Counted from the first letter of the whole stretch, positions 29,015 to 39,501 are shown. The stretch is DNA of 63,915 nucleotides, filler included, from an uncultured bacterium (GCA_964372275.1; 9 parts of 9 records of this genome joined end to end with filler, not necessarily neighbours in it), one strand, 5' to 3'. Numbers and translations are program-made. Notes: generated by a model not told the origin, from the letters alone.

Positions 29015-29520
29015 GCGCCGCGATCCCTCTCCTGCCGCTCGACGGCCGCGTGCGCCGACTTGAGCGAGAGCCCCTTCTCGCGAGGGACGGCCTTCACCTC
29101 CACCGCCACGCCCGACCGGGCGATCTCGTCGAGCGTCGACAGCTCGCCGGGCGACAACGCCACCGAGGGCGTCACCCGCATCCGGCCGGGGACGAGCGGC
29201 ACGTTCCCGACGTTCACCGACGGCGCGGTCAATCCACTGTGCCAGACCCGGTCGAGTCCGTCGACGCTCGAGACCAGCACCAGGACGCGCTTCTTCGCCA
29301 GCTCCCCCCGCTTCGCCGCCTGCGCCGCTTCGCCGACCGCGACGACGTCGAGCGACACCTTCGAGGGGCAGGCGGCGGTCATCGCCAGCGTGCAGAGCGG
29401 ATCGCCGGCGACCGCGTCGTCCGCGACGACGATCGCGTCCGCCTTGAGATGGCGAAGCCACCCCTCGACCACCTGGCCGTGGATCAGCCGCTGATCGACG
29501 CGCACCAGGACGACCGACAT
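29011..29520 (-). CDS. Mannose-family PTS IIB
   Basis: RVDQRLIHGQV, VNVGN. Confidence 0.93.
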   Translation of the reverse strand: MSVVLVRVDQRLIHGQVVEGWLRHLKADAIVVADDAVAGDPLCTLAMTAACPSKVSLDVVAVGEAAQAAKRGELAKKRVLVLVSSVDGLDRVWHSGLTAPSVNVGNVPLVPGRMRVTPSVALSPGELSTLDEIARSGVAVEVKAVPREKGLSLKSAHAAVERQERDRGA

Positions 29521-29522
29521 CG

Positions 29523-29951
29523 CTATCTCCTCAGGATCTCCGTCGCGACCTGGATGTTCTTCCGGCCGTGGTCGGCTACGGCGGAGGCGAGCTCGGACAG
29601 GGACGGCGGCGCCTCCCCCTCACGCGCCTCCGGGTTCCGGGCGCCGGCGAGCTTCAACAGCATCGGCAGGTTGACCCCGGTGACGATCTCGATCGCGCCC
29701 TCCCGGTGCAGTGAGAGCGACAGATTGCTCGGCGTCCCGCCGAACATGTCGGTCAACACCAGAACCCCCCTGCCCCGGTCGACCTCCCGGATGGCCGACT
29801 CGATCCGGCCCTTCATCGCGTCGACCTCCTCGTCCGACCGCAGACCGACCGCGCGGACCCCTTCCTGGGAGCCGACGATCATCTCCGCCGAGCGGACCAA
29901 CTCCTCGGCGAGCGGACCGTGGGTGACGACGACGATCCCGACGGCGGACAT
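29523..29951 (-). CDS. Mannose-family PTS IIA
   Basis: IVVVTHG, TDMFGGTPSN, GVNLPML. Confidence 0.93.
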   Translation of the reverse strand: MSAVGIVVVTHGPLAEELVRSAEMIVGSQEGVRAVGLRSDEEVDAMKGRIESAIREVDRGRGVLVLTDMFGGTPSNLSLSLHREGAIEIVTGVNLPMLLKLAGARNPEAREGEAPPSLSELASAVADHGRKNIQVATEILRR

Positions 29952-30877
29952 CAGGCCCTCTCCAGATCGCGATGGACGACGCTCACGCTCATGCTCTTCC
30001 GGCGGCCCAGATCCCGACCCAACCGTTCCGCGACCGCCACCGACCGGTGCTTGCCGCCGGTACAGCCGACGCCGATCGTCAGGTAGGCCTTTCCTTCGGC
30101 ACGATACCTCGGAAGGAGGAAGTCGAGCAGGCTTCGAAACCGCTTCAGAAATCCGCGGCCGTCCGATCCCGCCAGGACCTTTCGCGCGACGTCCCGGTCG
30201 AGACCGGTGCGGGCGCGCATCCGCGGGAGGAAGTGGGGATTGGGGAGGAACCGTACGTCGATCAGGAGGTCGGCCTCGCGCGGCGGTCCATAGCGATACC
30301 CGAACGAGACGAGGTTCACCGAGAGCGCCGCCGGGCCGGCCGACGTCCCGAAATCGCGGGTGAGGATCGCCTTGAGCTGGTGCACGTTCAGTTCGGTGGT
30401 GTCGATCACCCGGTCGGCGCGGCGACGGAGGCTCGCGAGGAGGTTCCGTTCCACCCGGATCGCCTGCCCGACGGTGAGGAGCCTCCCGCGCGCCCCCTCG
30501 TGCGCGAGCGGGTGGCGGCGACGCGTCTCGCTGAAGCGGCGGATCAAGGCCGCCTCCGCCGCTTCGAGGAAGAGGACCTCGATCTGGTAGCCGGCCGACG
30601 TGGCCGCCTCGAGGACGCGCGGCCACCGGCGGGCGAAGCCCCTCTCGCGCGCGTCCATCACCAGCGCCACCGGCGATACGTTCCGCGCGTCGCGCTCCCA
30701 AGGTGCCCCCCCGCCGTCCCCCTCGCCGCGCTCCAGGAGCGCGAGAAAGGTGTCGATCAGCTCGACCGGGAGGTTGTCGACGCAGAAGAAGCCGAGGTCC
30801 TCGAAGGCGCGGACCGCCGTCGTCTTTCCCGCCCCGGCGAGTCCCGTCAGGAGCACGATCCGGGGCCGCGCGGGCAC
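29951..30877 (-). CDS. rapZ: RNase adapter RapZ (YvcJ family)
   Basis: TGLAGAGKT, FCVDNLP, RFSETRRRHPL, DVRFLPNP, GCTGGKHRSV. Confidence 0.95.
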   Translation of the reverse strand: MPARPRIVLLTGLAGAGKTTAVRAFEDLGFFCVDNLPVELIDTFLALLERGEGDGGGAPWERDARNVSPVALVMDARERGFARRWPRVLEAATSAGYQIEVLFLEAAEAALIRRFSETRRRHPLAHEGARGRLLTVGQAIRVERNLLASLRRRADRVIDTTELNVHQLKAILTRDFGTSAGPAALSVNLVSFGYRYGPPREADLLIDVRFLPNPHFLPRMRARTGLDRDVARKVLAGSDGRGFLKRFRSLLDFLLPRYRAEGKAYLTIGVGCTGGKHRSVAVAERLGRDLGRRKSMSVSVVHRDLERA

Positions 30878-31845
30878 TACTCGAGCCCTCCTTCGGCCTC
30901 TTGCTTGTACGGCTGCTGCTTGGCCAGCTCGGTGTCGAGCTTCTGCTGGAACTCCCGCGCCGAGTGGTGGCCGCGGATCTTGAGCAACTGGTTGCGCGCG
31001 GCGACTTCGATGATCGAGGTGATGTTCCGGCCCGGCGAGACCGGGATGCGAAGCAACGGCAGCTCGACGCCGAGCACGTTGAACCGCTCCTCGTCCAACC
31101 CGAGCCGGTCGTAGGAGCGGGCCGGGTCCCAGGCCGCGAGCTCGATCACCAGCTCCAGCACCTTCTCGTCCCGTATGGCCGCCACCCCGAAAAGGTCCTT
31201 GATGTTGATGATCCCCAGACCCCGGATCTCCATGTGGTACTTGATCAGCTCGGAGCCGAAGCCGTACACCGTGGCCGGCGGCTTGCGTTTGATCCCGACG
31301 ACGTCGTCGGCGACCAGGCGGTGTCCGCGCATCACCAGGTCGAGGGCGCACTCGCTCTTCCCGATCCCGCTCTTCCCCACGATCAGCACCCCGACGCCGA
31401 AGACGTCGAGCAGCACGCCGTGGAGGCTGGTCGAGGCGGTGAGCCGCTCCGCCAGGAATTTGGCGATCTGGTCGTAGAACTCCGGCGTGGTGCGTCCGGT
31501 GCGGAGCAGCGGGATCCCCATCCCCTCCGACTCGCGCCGGAGCACCTCGGGAGGCTCGACGCGCGCCGCGAGGATCAACGCCGCCGCCCCTCGGCGGAGG
31601 TAGGAGCGGACGAACCGGCGGGCCTTGAGCGCCGGGAGCCGGCGCAGGTACTTGACCTCGGTTTCGGCTACGAACTGCAGCCGGCCCGCCTCGACGTGGT
31701 CGACCATCCCCGCGAAGGCGAGCCCCGGCTTCTGGATCCACGGCACGGTTACCCGCCGCCGAAGCCCCTTCTTGCCCGCCAACAGCTCGAGCCCGAGGGT
31801 CTGCTGCCCTTCGTCGAACAGCGTCTTGACCTCGACGTGGAGCAT
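30877..31845 (-). CDS. hprK: HPr(Ser) kinase/phosphorylase
   Basis: GKSGIGKSECAL, LVADD, MEIRGLGII, PGRN, EVAARN. Confidence 0.97.
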   Translation of the reverse strand: MLHVEVKTLFDEGQQTLGLELLAGKKGLRRRVTVPWIQKPGLAFAGMVDHVEAGRLQFVAETEVKYLRRLPALKARRFVRSYLRRGAAALILAARVEPPEVLRRESEGMGIPLLRTGRTTPEFYDQIAKFLAERLTASTSLHGVLLDVFGVGVLIVGKSGIGKSECALDLVMRGHRLVADDVVGIKRKPPATVYGFGSELIKYHMEIRGLGIINIKDLFGVAAIRDEKVLELVIELAAWDPARSYDRLGLDEERFNVLGVELPLLRIPVSPGRNITSIIEVAARNQLLKIRGHHSAREFQQKLDTELAKQQPYKQEAEGGLE

Positions 31846-31854
31846 CGGCGGGCA

Positions 31855-31883
31855 AGGCTACGCCGGGGGTCCAGGGCTGGCAA
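31855..31883 (-). promoter_or_regulatory. Sigma-70 promoter of the hprK-PTS operon
   Basis: TTGCCA-17 nt-TAGCCT, 9 nt before ATG 31845. Confidence 0.6.
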
Positions 31884-31885
31884 GC

Positions 31886-31985
31886 NNNNNNNNNNNNNNN
31901 NNNNNNNNNNNNNNNNNNNNNNNNNNNNNTTAATTAATTAANNNNNNNNNNNNNNNNNNNNNNNNNNNNNNNNNNNNNNNNNNNN
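31886..31985. other. Artificial contig linker
   Basis: N run with TTAATTAATTAA. Confidence 0.99.
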
Positions 31986-32916
31986 CCATCGCCTGGAGGA
32001 GGTCTTCCGGATCGCCGACCGCATCACCGTCCTGCGCGACGGTCGGTCGGTCTCGACCGATCGCGCGGCCGACGTGACCGAGGCGGTCGTGATCTCGCGG
32101 ATGGTCGGGCGGGAGGTGACGAACCTCTACCCGCGGCCTCCGGCGCCGACGGCCCCCGCGGCGCTCGCCGTCGAGCGATGGTCGGTCGCCGATCCGGAGA
32201 GGGCCGGGGGGTTCGCCGTGAAGGAGGTCTCGTTCGACCTCCGTCCCGGCGAGGTCTTGGGGATCGGCGGACTGATGGGGGCCGGGCGCACCGAGCTGGT
32301 CCGTTCGCTTTTCGGCGCGGCGCGCGCGATAGTGACAGGATCGCTGCGCCTCGAGGGGCGCGCGGACCGGACGCCGTTCCGCGCGCCGGCGGAGGCGATC
32401 GCCCACCGCCTGGCGTTGGTGAGCGAGGACCGGAAACGTCACGGACTCGTGCTCGACGCGTCCATCGGCGAGAACCTGACGCTGGCGACGCTGTGGCGGT
32501 TCCGGAAGCGGGGCCTGCTCGACCACGCGGCGTTGGGGGCGGCGTCGGCGAAGCAGTCGGAGCGACTTTCGATCAAGGCCCCCGGGCTCGGGAGCCGGGT
32601 CGGGACGCTCTCCGGCGGCAACCAGCAGAAGGTGGTGCTCGGGAAGTGGCTGATCTCCCGCCCCCGGGTGCTGATCCTCGACGAGCCGACGCGTGGGATC
32701 GACGTCGGCGCGAAGGCGGAGATCTACCGCATCGTGCAGACGCTCGCCTCCGAAGGGATGGCGATCCTGCTCGTCTCGTCCGACCTCCCGGAGCTGTTGT
32801 GGATGAGCCACCGGATCCTGGTCTTGAGCGAGGGACGCCCGACCGCGCTCTTCGACGCGGCTGCGGCCACGGCGGAGGCGGTGATGGCGGCGGCGACGCG
32901 AAAGGCGGCGGCATGA
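31986..32916 (+). CDS. Monosaccharide ABC transporter ATPase (XylG-like), 5' truncated
   Basis: HRLEEVFRIADRITVLRDG, GLMGAGRTE, LSGGNQQKV, DEPTRGIDVGAK. Confidence 0.93.
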
Positions 32917-34007
32917 AGAGCTCCTGGCGGGCCCTGACGATGGTCGGCGCGCTTGCGCTGATCTGGATCTGCTTCTCGATCGCGACCGACGGTACGTTCC
33001 TTCTTCCGCGGAACCTCTCCCTGCTCACCCGCCAGATGTCGGTCACCTCCCTGCTCGCGGTGGGGATGGTCCTGGTGATCGTCGCCGGGCAGATCGACCT
33101 CTCGGTCGGGGCGCTGGCCGGACTGCTCGGCGCCGTCGCCGCCAAGGCGAGCGTCGATCTCGGCCTGCCGCTGTGGGTCGCCTTTCCCGCCGCGTTGGCG
33201 CTGGGCGCCGCGGCCGGCTTCACGCAAGGAAGTCTCGTCGCGCGGCTGGGGATCCCGCCGTTCATCGTCACCCTCGGTGGGATGCTGCTCTTCCAGGGGA
33301 CGCTGCTCGGCGCGACCGGCGGCGTCTCCACCTCGCCCGGTCCGGCGTTCCGCTTCATCGGACAGGCCTACGTCCCGGCGACCGCCGGCTGGGTCTTGAG
33401 CGCGATCGTCGCCGGCGCCATCGCTTGGGGCGGCAGGGGGACGGGGGGGAGTCCCGCCGGGAGCGCGAAGCGCGTGCCGTGGCGGCGCGGGATGCTCGCC
33501 GCCTTGGTCCTGGTCTTCGCCGGCGTGATGAACGCCTACCAGGGGATCCCGATGCCGGTCCTGCTGGTGCTGCTCCTCGCCTTCGCGCTCTCGGTGGTCG
33601 CCCGTCACACTCCGTTCGGGCGCCACCTCTACGCAATCGGCGGGAACCGCGAGGCCGCTTTCTACTCCGGGATCCCGATCGAGCGGCAGGTCGTCCGGGT
33701 CTTCACTTTGATGGGGCTCGTGGCGGGGATCGCCGGGATCGTCCTCACCGCCCGGGTCGGATCGGCGACCTCCGACGCCGGACGGATGATGGAGCTCGAC
33801 GCCATTGCCGCCGCGGTGATCGGCGGGACGTCGCTCCGAGGCGGGCAGGGGACGGTCTGGGGGGCGCTGTTGGGTGCGCTGGTGATGGCGTCGCTCGACA
33901 ACGGCATGAGTCTGATGAACACCGACGCCTTCTGGCAGCCGATCATCAAGGGGGCGATCCTGGTCGCCGCCGTCGGCGTCGACATGGCCGGGCGGTCGCG
34001 CGAATGA
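32913..34007 (+). CDS. Monosaccharide ABC transporter permease (XylH-like)
   Basis: GQIDLSVG, IPPFIVTLGG, YAIGGN.EAA, ELDAIAAAVIGGTS; ATGA overlap. Confidence 0.93.
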   Translation: MKSSWRALTMVGALALIWICFSIATDGTFLLPRNLSLLTRQMSVTSLLAVGMVLVIVAGQIDLSVGALAGLLGAVAAKASVDLGLPLWVAFPAALALGAAAGFTQGSLVARLGIPPFIVTLGGMLLFQGTLLGATGGVSTSPGPAFRFIGQAYVPATAGWVLSAIVAGAIAWGGRGTGGSPAGSAKRVPWRRGMLAALVLVFAGVMNAYQGIPMPVLLVLLLAFALSVVARHTPFGRHLYAIGGNREAAFYSGIPIERQVVRVFTLMGLVAGIAGIVLTARVGSATSDAGRMMELDAIAAAVIGGTSLRGGQGTVWGALLGALVMASLDNGMSLMNTDAFWQPIIKGAILVAAVGVDMAGRSRE

Positions 34008-35704
34008 AGGCGATCCGTTTCGCGGCCGCCGCCACGGCCCTCGCCGCCGCCGCGGCGGCCGCGACGATGCCGGCCTGCGCGCCGCGCGCGCCGCTCGCAG
34101 CTTCCACGGGAAGCGTTTCGGACCCGCTGCCGGAGCTGTTCGACTACATCCGGAAGGGTTGGACCGACCTTCGACGCACGCACGCCGACCTGGTGAGCGC
34201 GGCGATCGACCCGAAGTTTCCGTCGCCGGACGGCCGGTGGCCCGTCTACCTCCCGCCCGGCGAGGATCGCGAGGCGATCCTCCGGCGGCTCGCGCGCGAG
34301 ATCCCGCCCGAGGAGCTGGCGCGGATCGACGTGCGGAGCCTGCCCGCACCGCCGGCGGGCGCGCCCCCGTCTCTCGTCGACGAGGTCTCGCTCGCCGGGG
34401 GTCCCGGCCTTCTCTGGCTGCCGGAGCCCTACGTCGTCCCCGGCGGGCGCTTCAACGAGATGTACGGGTGGGACAGCTACTTCATTCTGGTCGGCCTCCT
34501 TCGCGATGGCGAGGTCGAGGCCGCCCAAGCGATGGTCGACAACTTCCTCTACCAGGTCGACCGGTACGGGCGCGTGCTCAACGCCAATCGCCGCTACTAC
34601 CTGAGTCGTTCGCAGCCCCCCTTCCTGGCGCGGATGGTGCGGCGGGTCTTCGAACGGACCGGCGATCGGCGGTGGCTCGCGTCGACCGTTCCGGCGCTCG
34701 AGAAGGACCACGCCTACTGGGTGCGCGAGCCGCACGCCACGCCGGAGACCGGGCTCTCGCGCTACTACGACCTGGGGCAGGGGCCCGCGCCGGAGGTCGT
34801 CGCCGACGAGAAGGACGAGCGCGGACGCACGCACTACGACCGGGTGCGCGAGGCGATCCGCGCCGCGCCGTATCCGGGATCGGAACGGTTCTACGACCGA
34901 TCGCAAGACAGACTCACCGACGCCTTCTACGTCTCCGACCGTTCGATGCGGGAGTCGGGCTTCGATCCGTCGGATCGCTTCGGACGGTTCAACCTCGAGG
35001 TGGTCGACGTCAATCCCGTCTGCCTGAACACCCTTCTCCACCGCTACGAAGAGGACGTCGCCGCCATCTATCGAGAGCTCGGCCAGGAGGCGAAGGCGGA
35101 ACGTTGGGCCGGCCTGGCGGCGGCGCGCAAGGTCCGGATCGACCGCCTGCTCTGGGACGAGGCGTCGGGTCTCTACCTCGACTACGACCTCGCACGAAAA
35201 AGTCGCCGCGACTACCCGTTCGCCACGACCTTCTATCCGCTGTGGGCCGGGATCGCCTCCGAGGTCCAGGCGCGGCGCGTGGTGGCCGTGGCCTTGACGC
35301 TCCTCGAGGCGCCGGGGGGGCTGAAGACGAGCGTCCGCGAGACCGGCAGCCAATGGGACGCGCCGTACGGATGGGCGCCGCTCCAGCTCCTGGCGGTCGA
35401 AGGGATGCGGCGCTACGGATTCTCGGCCGAGGCCGACCGGATCTCGCAAAAGTTCCTGTCGCTGGTGTTGAAGGAGTTCCAGGAGCACCACGCGATCTTC
35501 GAGAAGTACGACGTCGTCCGGCGCGAGTCGGCCACCTCGCAGGGGATCCGCTTCGGATACGCCTCGAACGAGATCGGCTTCGGCTGGACCAACGCCGCCT
35601 TCGTCGAGCTGTGGGCGGGCCTCTCGCCGGAAGGACGCGAGGCGGTCCGTCGCGGTGCGGCCCCGGCGGGGGCGGCCGGCGGGCGTCGCGGAGCCGCCCC
35701 GTGA
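34004..35704 (+). CDS. Alpha,alpha-trehalase (GH37), probable lipoprotein
   Basis: YVVPGGRFNEMYGWDSYF, RSQPPF, RESGFD, QWDAPYGWAP, EKYDV, GFGWTN; Ala-rich leader ending in PAC. Confidence 0.93.
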   Translation: MKAIRFAAAATALAAAAAAATMPACAPRAPLAASTGSVSDPLPELFDYIRKGWTDLRRTHADLVSAAIDPKFPSPDGRWPVYLPPGEDREAILRRLAREIPPEELARIDVRSLPAPPAGAPPSLVDEVSLAGGPGLLWLPEPYVVPGGRFNEMYGWDSYFILVGLLRDGEVEAAQAMVDNFLYQVDRYGRVLNANRRYYLSRSQPPFLARMVRRVFERTGDRRWLASTVPALEKDHAYWVREPHATPETGLSRYYDLGQGPAPEVVADEKDERGRTHYDRVREAIRAAPYPGSERFYDRSQDRLTDAFYVSDRSMRESGFDPSDRFGRFNLEVVDVNPVCLNTLLHRYEEDVAAIYRELGQEAKAERWAGLAAARKVRIDRLLWDEASGLYLDYDLARKSRRDYPFATTFYPLWAGIASEVQARRVVAVALTLLEAPGGLKTSVRETGSQWDAPYGWAPLQLLAVEGMRRYGFSAEADRISQKFLSLVLKEFQEHHAIFEKYDVVRRESATSQGIRFGYASNEIGFGWTNAAFVELWAGLSPEGREAVRRGAAPAGAAGGRRGAAP

Positions 35705-37830
35705 GACGGCGCGCGCCGTTCGTCGCGGTCCTGCTCCTGATCCTGGCGCGCTCCGCGTCGATCTCGCCGGCGTGCGGCGCGGACGCGGCGCACGGTTCGA
35801 ACGCCGCGGACGCGACCTGTCGCGGCGACCGGTGCCCGGGGGAGGGATGCGCCGCCGACGATCCGCTGGTGGCGGTTCGCGGGGCGATCGCTCCTCGATC
35901 GGAACCGGACGGCGGCGCCGCGGTCGAGCGCCCGCCTTCGCCGGAATATCTCGCCTTCGATCTCGAGGAAGGCGCGGTGCGCAACCGGTTCGTGCGCCAA
36001 GGTCCGGTCGCCGTCCATCTGGTCGCGAGTTGGACCGACGAAGGGCGCGGCCGCCTCGTCTTCGCCTTCCCGGCGGGAAACTCCGGCGGCGCGATCTGGC
36101 TCGACGGAGAGCCGTGTCCCGGCCGCGAGGCGGGGCTCGAGTTCGAAGGGGAGGCGATTCCGGTCTCGGACCGGTCGGGAAACGGCGTCTCGACCGAGCT
36201 GGTCGCCCGCGTCCCGCGTCTCGTCTTCACCGGGCAGGTGCTCGGGAGCGTGCGCGACGTGCGGGAGCGAACGGAAGGGGATCGACGAAAGAGACCGGCG
36301 CGTTTTCCGGCCGACTCCGGCGGCCGGCTCGTCCACGTCGCCGCCGACGGGCGGAGCCGCGTGGAGGCGGTCGTCGAGCCGGTCGGCGGGGCGCGTTGGA
36401 CGACCGACCGCCTCGGGCGACCCGCCCTCGTCGCGCCGCCGGGAGCGTGCGCGGTGCGGTTCCGGATCACGGCCCGGACCGACGAGCGGCCGCTCACGTC
36501 GTTGCCGATCGACGAGCTGCTCGCCGCGGGCGTGGCCGGCTCGGCGCAGGAACGGCAGGCGCTCGCCTTCCTCGCCTACCGCGAGAAGCTCCTCGCCGGC
36601 TCGTGGCGGTTTCAGACCTACTTCGGCCGCGACACGCTGCTCGCCACGCGGCTGTTGATGCCGGCGCTCCGGCCCGCGGCGATCGAGGCGGCGCTCGGTT
36701 CGGTGATCGACCGCCTCGGGGACGACGGCCAGGTGGCGCACGAGGAGGAGATCGGCGAACGGGCCGAGCCGACGAGCCGCGCGCCCCGCCACGACTACAA
36801 GATGGTCGACTCCGACTTCCTGCTCGCGCCGGTGCTGGAGGCGTACCTCGCCACCGCCGAGGGGCGCGCGCGAGCCGGGGCGTTCTTCGCGCGCCGCACG
36901 CCGACCGGCCGCACCTACGCCGAGGCGGTCCGGCGCAACCTGGCGCGTGTCGCCGCCAAGGCCGAACCGTTCGCCGAGAACCCGCTTCCCACGAACCTGA
37001 TCCGCCTGGCCGACGGCGAGCCCGCGGGCGACTGGCGCGACAGCCGGGAAGGGCTCGGCGGAGGACGCTACCCCTTCAGCGTGAACGGTGTGCTCGTCCC
37101 CGCCGCGCTCGACGCCGCGGCGCGCCTCGTCGACCGCGGGCACGCCCCCTTCGACGCATCGCGTTTCCGCGCGTTGGCCCGCCGTTGGCGCGGGGCGGCC
37201 GAGCTGTTTCGCGTCACGCTTCCGGCGGAGACGGCGGCGGGGCGCATCGCCGCTTATGCCGAGGAGGTCGGCCTCGACCCGGCGGCGGCGCGAGCGGCGA
37301 TCGACGGTCCGGTGTCGTTCCTCGGGGTGTCGCTCGACGGGGACGGCGTGCCGATCCCGATCGTGCACAGCGATGGAGGGCTGTCGCTCCTGTTCGGGGA
37401 GCCGTCGCCGCCGGCGCTCGAGGAGATGGCCGATCGGGTGACCACCGACTTCCCTGCCGGGCTCGCCAGCCCGGTCGGGATGATGGTGGCCAACCCTGCT
37501 TTCGCCGACGCGGCGCTCCGTCGGCTGTTCACCCCCGGCCACTACCACGGGGCGGTGGTCTGGTCGTGGCAGCACGCGCTGATGGCCGCCGGCCTCGACC
37601 GGCAGTTGGCGCGCGGCGATCTCCCGGCGTCGACTCGCGAGCGCCTCCTCGCCGCGCGCCGAGTGATCCGGGAGGCGATCGAGCGAACACGCGACCGGCG
37701 AGGCAGCGAGCTATGGTCGTGGACGGTCGAAGACGGCGCCATGCGCCCGGCCCCGTTCGGACAGGCGTCGACCGACAAGACCGAATCGAACGCCATCCAA
37801 CTCTGGAGCCTGGTCTACCTCGGCCTCTAG
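35701..37830 (+). CDS. Secreted putative (alpha/alpha)6-barrel glycoside hydrolase (debranching-enzyme-like)
   Basis: Signal peptide; LAGSWRFQTYFGRD, AHEEEIGE, DYKMVD, GDWRDS, YHGAVVWSWQ, ESNAIQLWS; GTG overlaps trehalase stop. Confidence 0.7.
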   Translation: MRRRAPFVAVLLLILARSASISPACGADAAHGSNAADATCRGDRCPGEGCAADDPLVAVRGAIAPRSEPDGGAAVERPPSPEYLAFDLEEGAVRNRFVRQGPVAVHLVASWTDEGRGRLVFAFPAGNSGGAIWLDGEPCPGREAGLEFEGEAIPVSDRSGNGVSTELVARVPRLVFTGQVLGSVRDVRERTEGDRRKRPARFPADSGGRLVHVAADGRSRVEAVVEPVGGARWTTDRLGRPALVAPPGACAVRFRITARTDERPLTSLPIDELLAAGVAGSAQERQALAFLAYREKLLAGSWRFQTYFGRDTLLATRLLMPALRPAAIEAALGSVIDRLGDDGQVAHEEEIGERAEPTSRAPRHDYKMVDSDFLLAPVLEAYLATAEGRARAGAFFARRTPTGRTYAEAVRRNLARVAAKAEPFAENPLPTNLIRLADGEPAGDWRDSREGLGGGRYPFSVNGVLVPAALDAAARLVDRGHAPFDASRFRALARRWRGAAELFRVTLPAETAAGRIAAYAEEVGLDPAAARAAIDGPVSFLGVSLDGDGVPIPIVHSDGGLSLLFGEPSPPALEEMADRVTTDFPAGLASPVGMMVANPAFADAALRRLFTPGHYHGAVVWSWQHALMAAGLDRQLARGDLPASTRERLLAARRVIREAIERTRDRRGSELWSWTVEDGAMRPAPFGQASTDKTESNAIQLWSLVYLGL

Positions 37831-38108
37831 GGCGCGTCGCGGTCACGCTCGCGGCGCCAGCGCTGGAACCGGGCGAGGTCGACGCGCTCGTCGGATCGGT
37901 CGGGCGCCTCCTCCGCCAACTCGGACTCCCGACCGACCCTCCTCCGATTGCTCACGACCACAGACCGCCGCCGCTGCCGGAAACCTCGATCCGATACCCG
38001 CCAGAGGCATCGATTAGAGCGTTGGTTCGTCCTACGCGCGGAGCATGCCCGCGGGCTGCCGGCGCGCTTCGTTCCGGGCGGAGCGGCGGATCGCATACGA
38101 TCCGCACC

Positions 38109-39401
38109 ATGAATCGACGAACCTTTCTCGGCTATGGCGCGGTCGCCGGTGCCGCACTCGCCCATCCCTCACTTGCGGCGGCGCCGGCAAGGCCCGCGGG
38201 CCCCGATTGGAACGCGGTGCGAGCCTCCTTCACCGGTCTCGCGAAGGACCGGATCCAGTGCGCCCACTTCTTCCTCACCAGCCATCCGCAGCCGGTACGG
38301 GACGAGATCGAGCGCCACCGGAAGGGCTGGGACGCCGATGGCGAGAGCTACTTCTTCCAGAACATCCACATGGCCATGGCGGTCGCGCAGTCCGCCGCGA
38401 ACTATCTCGAGGCCAAGTCCGGCGAGCAGGTGGCTCTGACGGAGAGCACGACCCAGGGTCTCGGGCTCGTCTACGGCGGACTCATCCTGCGCGAGGGCCA
38501 GGAGATCCTCACCACGGAGCACGACCACTACGCCACGGACTTCTCGCTGGAGCTGCGTGCGCGGCGAACCGGCTGCACCGTTCGAAAGGTCCGACTGTAC
38601 GACGACCCGGCGAAAGCGACCGAAGCCGGGATGGTCGACCGTCTCCTCGCCGCCGTGACGCCTCGGACGCGCGCCATCGCAGTGACCTGGGTGCACTCCT
38701 CCAGCGGCGTGAAGATCCCGGTGAAGGCGATTGCGGACGCGCTGGCACCCGTCAATACGAGACGCGACGAGGCCGATCGTGCGCTCCTCTGCGTCGACGG
38801 CGTGCATGGCCTGGGGAACCAGAACGAGACGGTGGCGGCCCTGGGCTGCGACTTCCTCATTGCGGGCACCCACAAGTGGATCCACGGTCCGCGCGGGACG
38901 GGCATCATCTGGGGAAATGACGCGGCCTGGAAGGCGGTTCAGCCGATCATCCCGACGTTCAACCGGCTGCAGTACGCGCAGTGGACGAAGTCGATCCCGG
39001 CGCAGGAGGTGCCGATGGCGTACCAGATGACGCCCGGGGGCTTCAACGACTTCGAGCACCGATGGTCGCTCCCCGTGGCCTTCAAGATGCACCTCGACAT
39101 CGGAAAGGAAGCGATCGCGAACCGGATCGCCGAGCTCAACGGCCGGTTCCGCGAAGGGCTCCGCGAGATCCCAGGGATCGTCCCCCGGACGCCGACGGCC
39201 CGCTCCCTGTCCGCCGGACTCACCTGCTTCGAAGTCGAGGGGATCGCACCCGACGCTTTCGTGAAGAAGCTCGGCGAGCGGAAGATCGTGGCCTCGACCA
39301 CCCCGTACGCCACGAAGTACGCGCGCGTCGCGTTCGGGCTGCACAACGCCACGGAAGACGTCGAGCACGTCCTCCGCGAGATCCGGAGCCTCGTGGCGAA
39401 G
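38109..39401 (+). CDS. Tat-exported class V PLP enzyme (PvdN / isopenicillin N epimerase-like), 3' end at contig edge
   Basis: MNRRTFLG Tat motif; STTQGL, HDHY, WVHSSSG, VDGVHG, GTHKWIHGPRGTG. Confidence 0.85.
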
Positions 39402-39501
39402 NNNNNNNNNNNNNNNNNNNNNNNNNNNNNNNNNNNNNNNNNNNNTTAATTAATTAANNNNNNNNNNNNNNNNNNNNNNNNNNNNNNNNNNNNNNNNNNN
39501 N
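39402..39501. other. Artificial contig linker
   Basis: N run with TTAATTAATTAA. Confidence 0.99.

Noticed and set aside
37831-38108. Open frame upstream of the PLP enzyme as an N-terminal extension or gene remnant
   Set aside because: The Tat motif and a -10 hexamer fix the start at 38109, and the upstream peptide has no recognisable motif.
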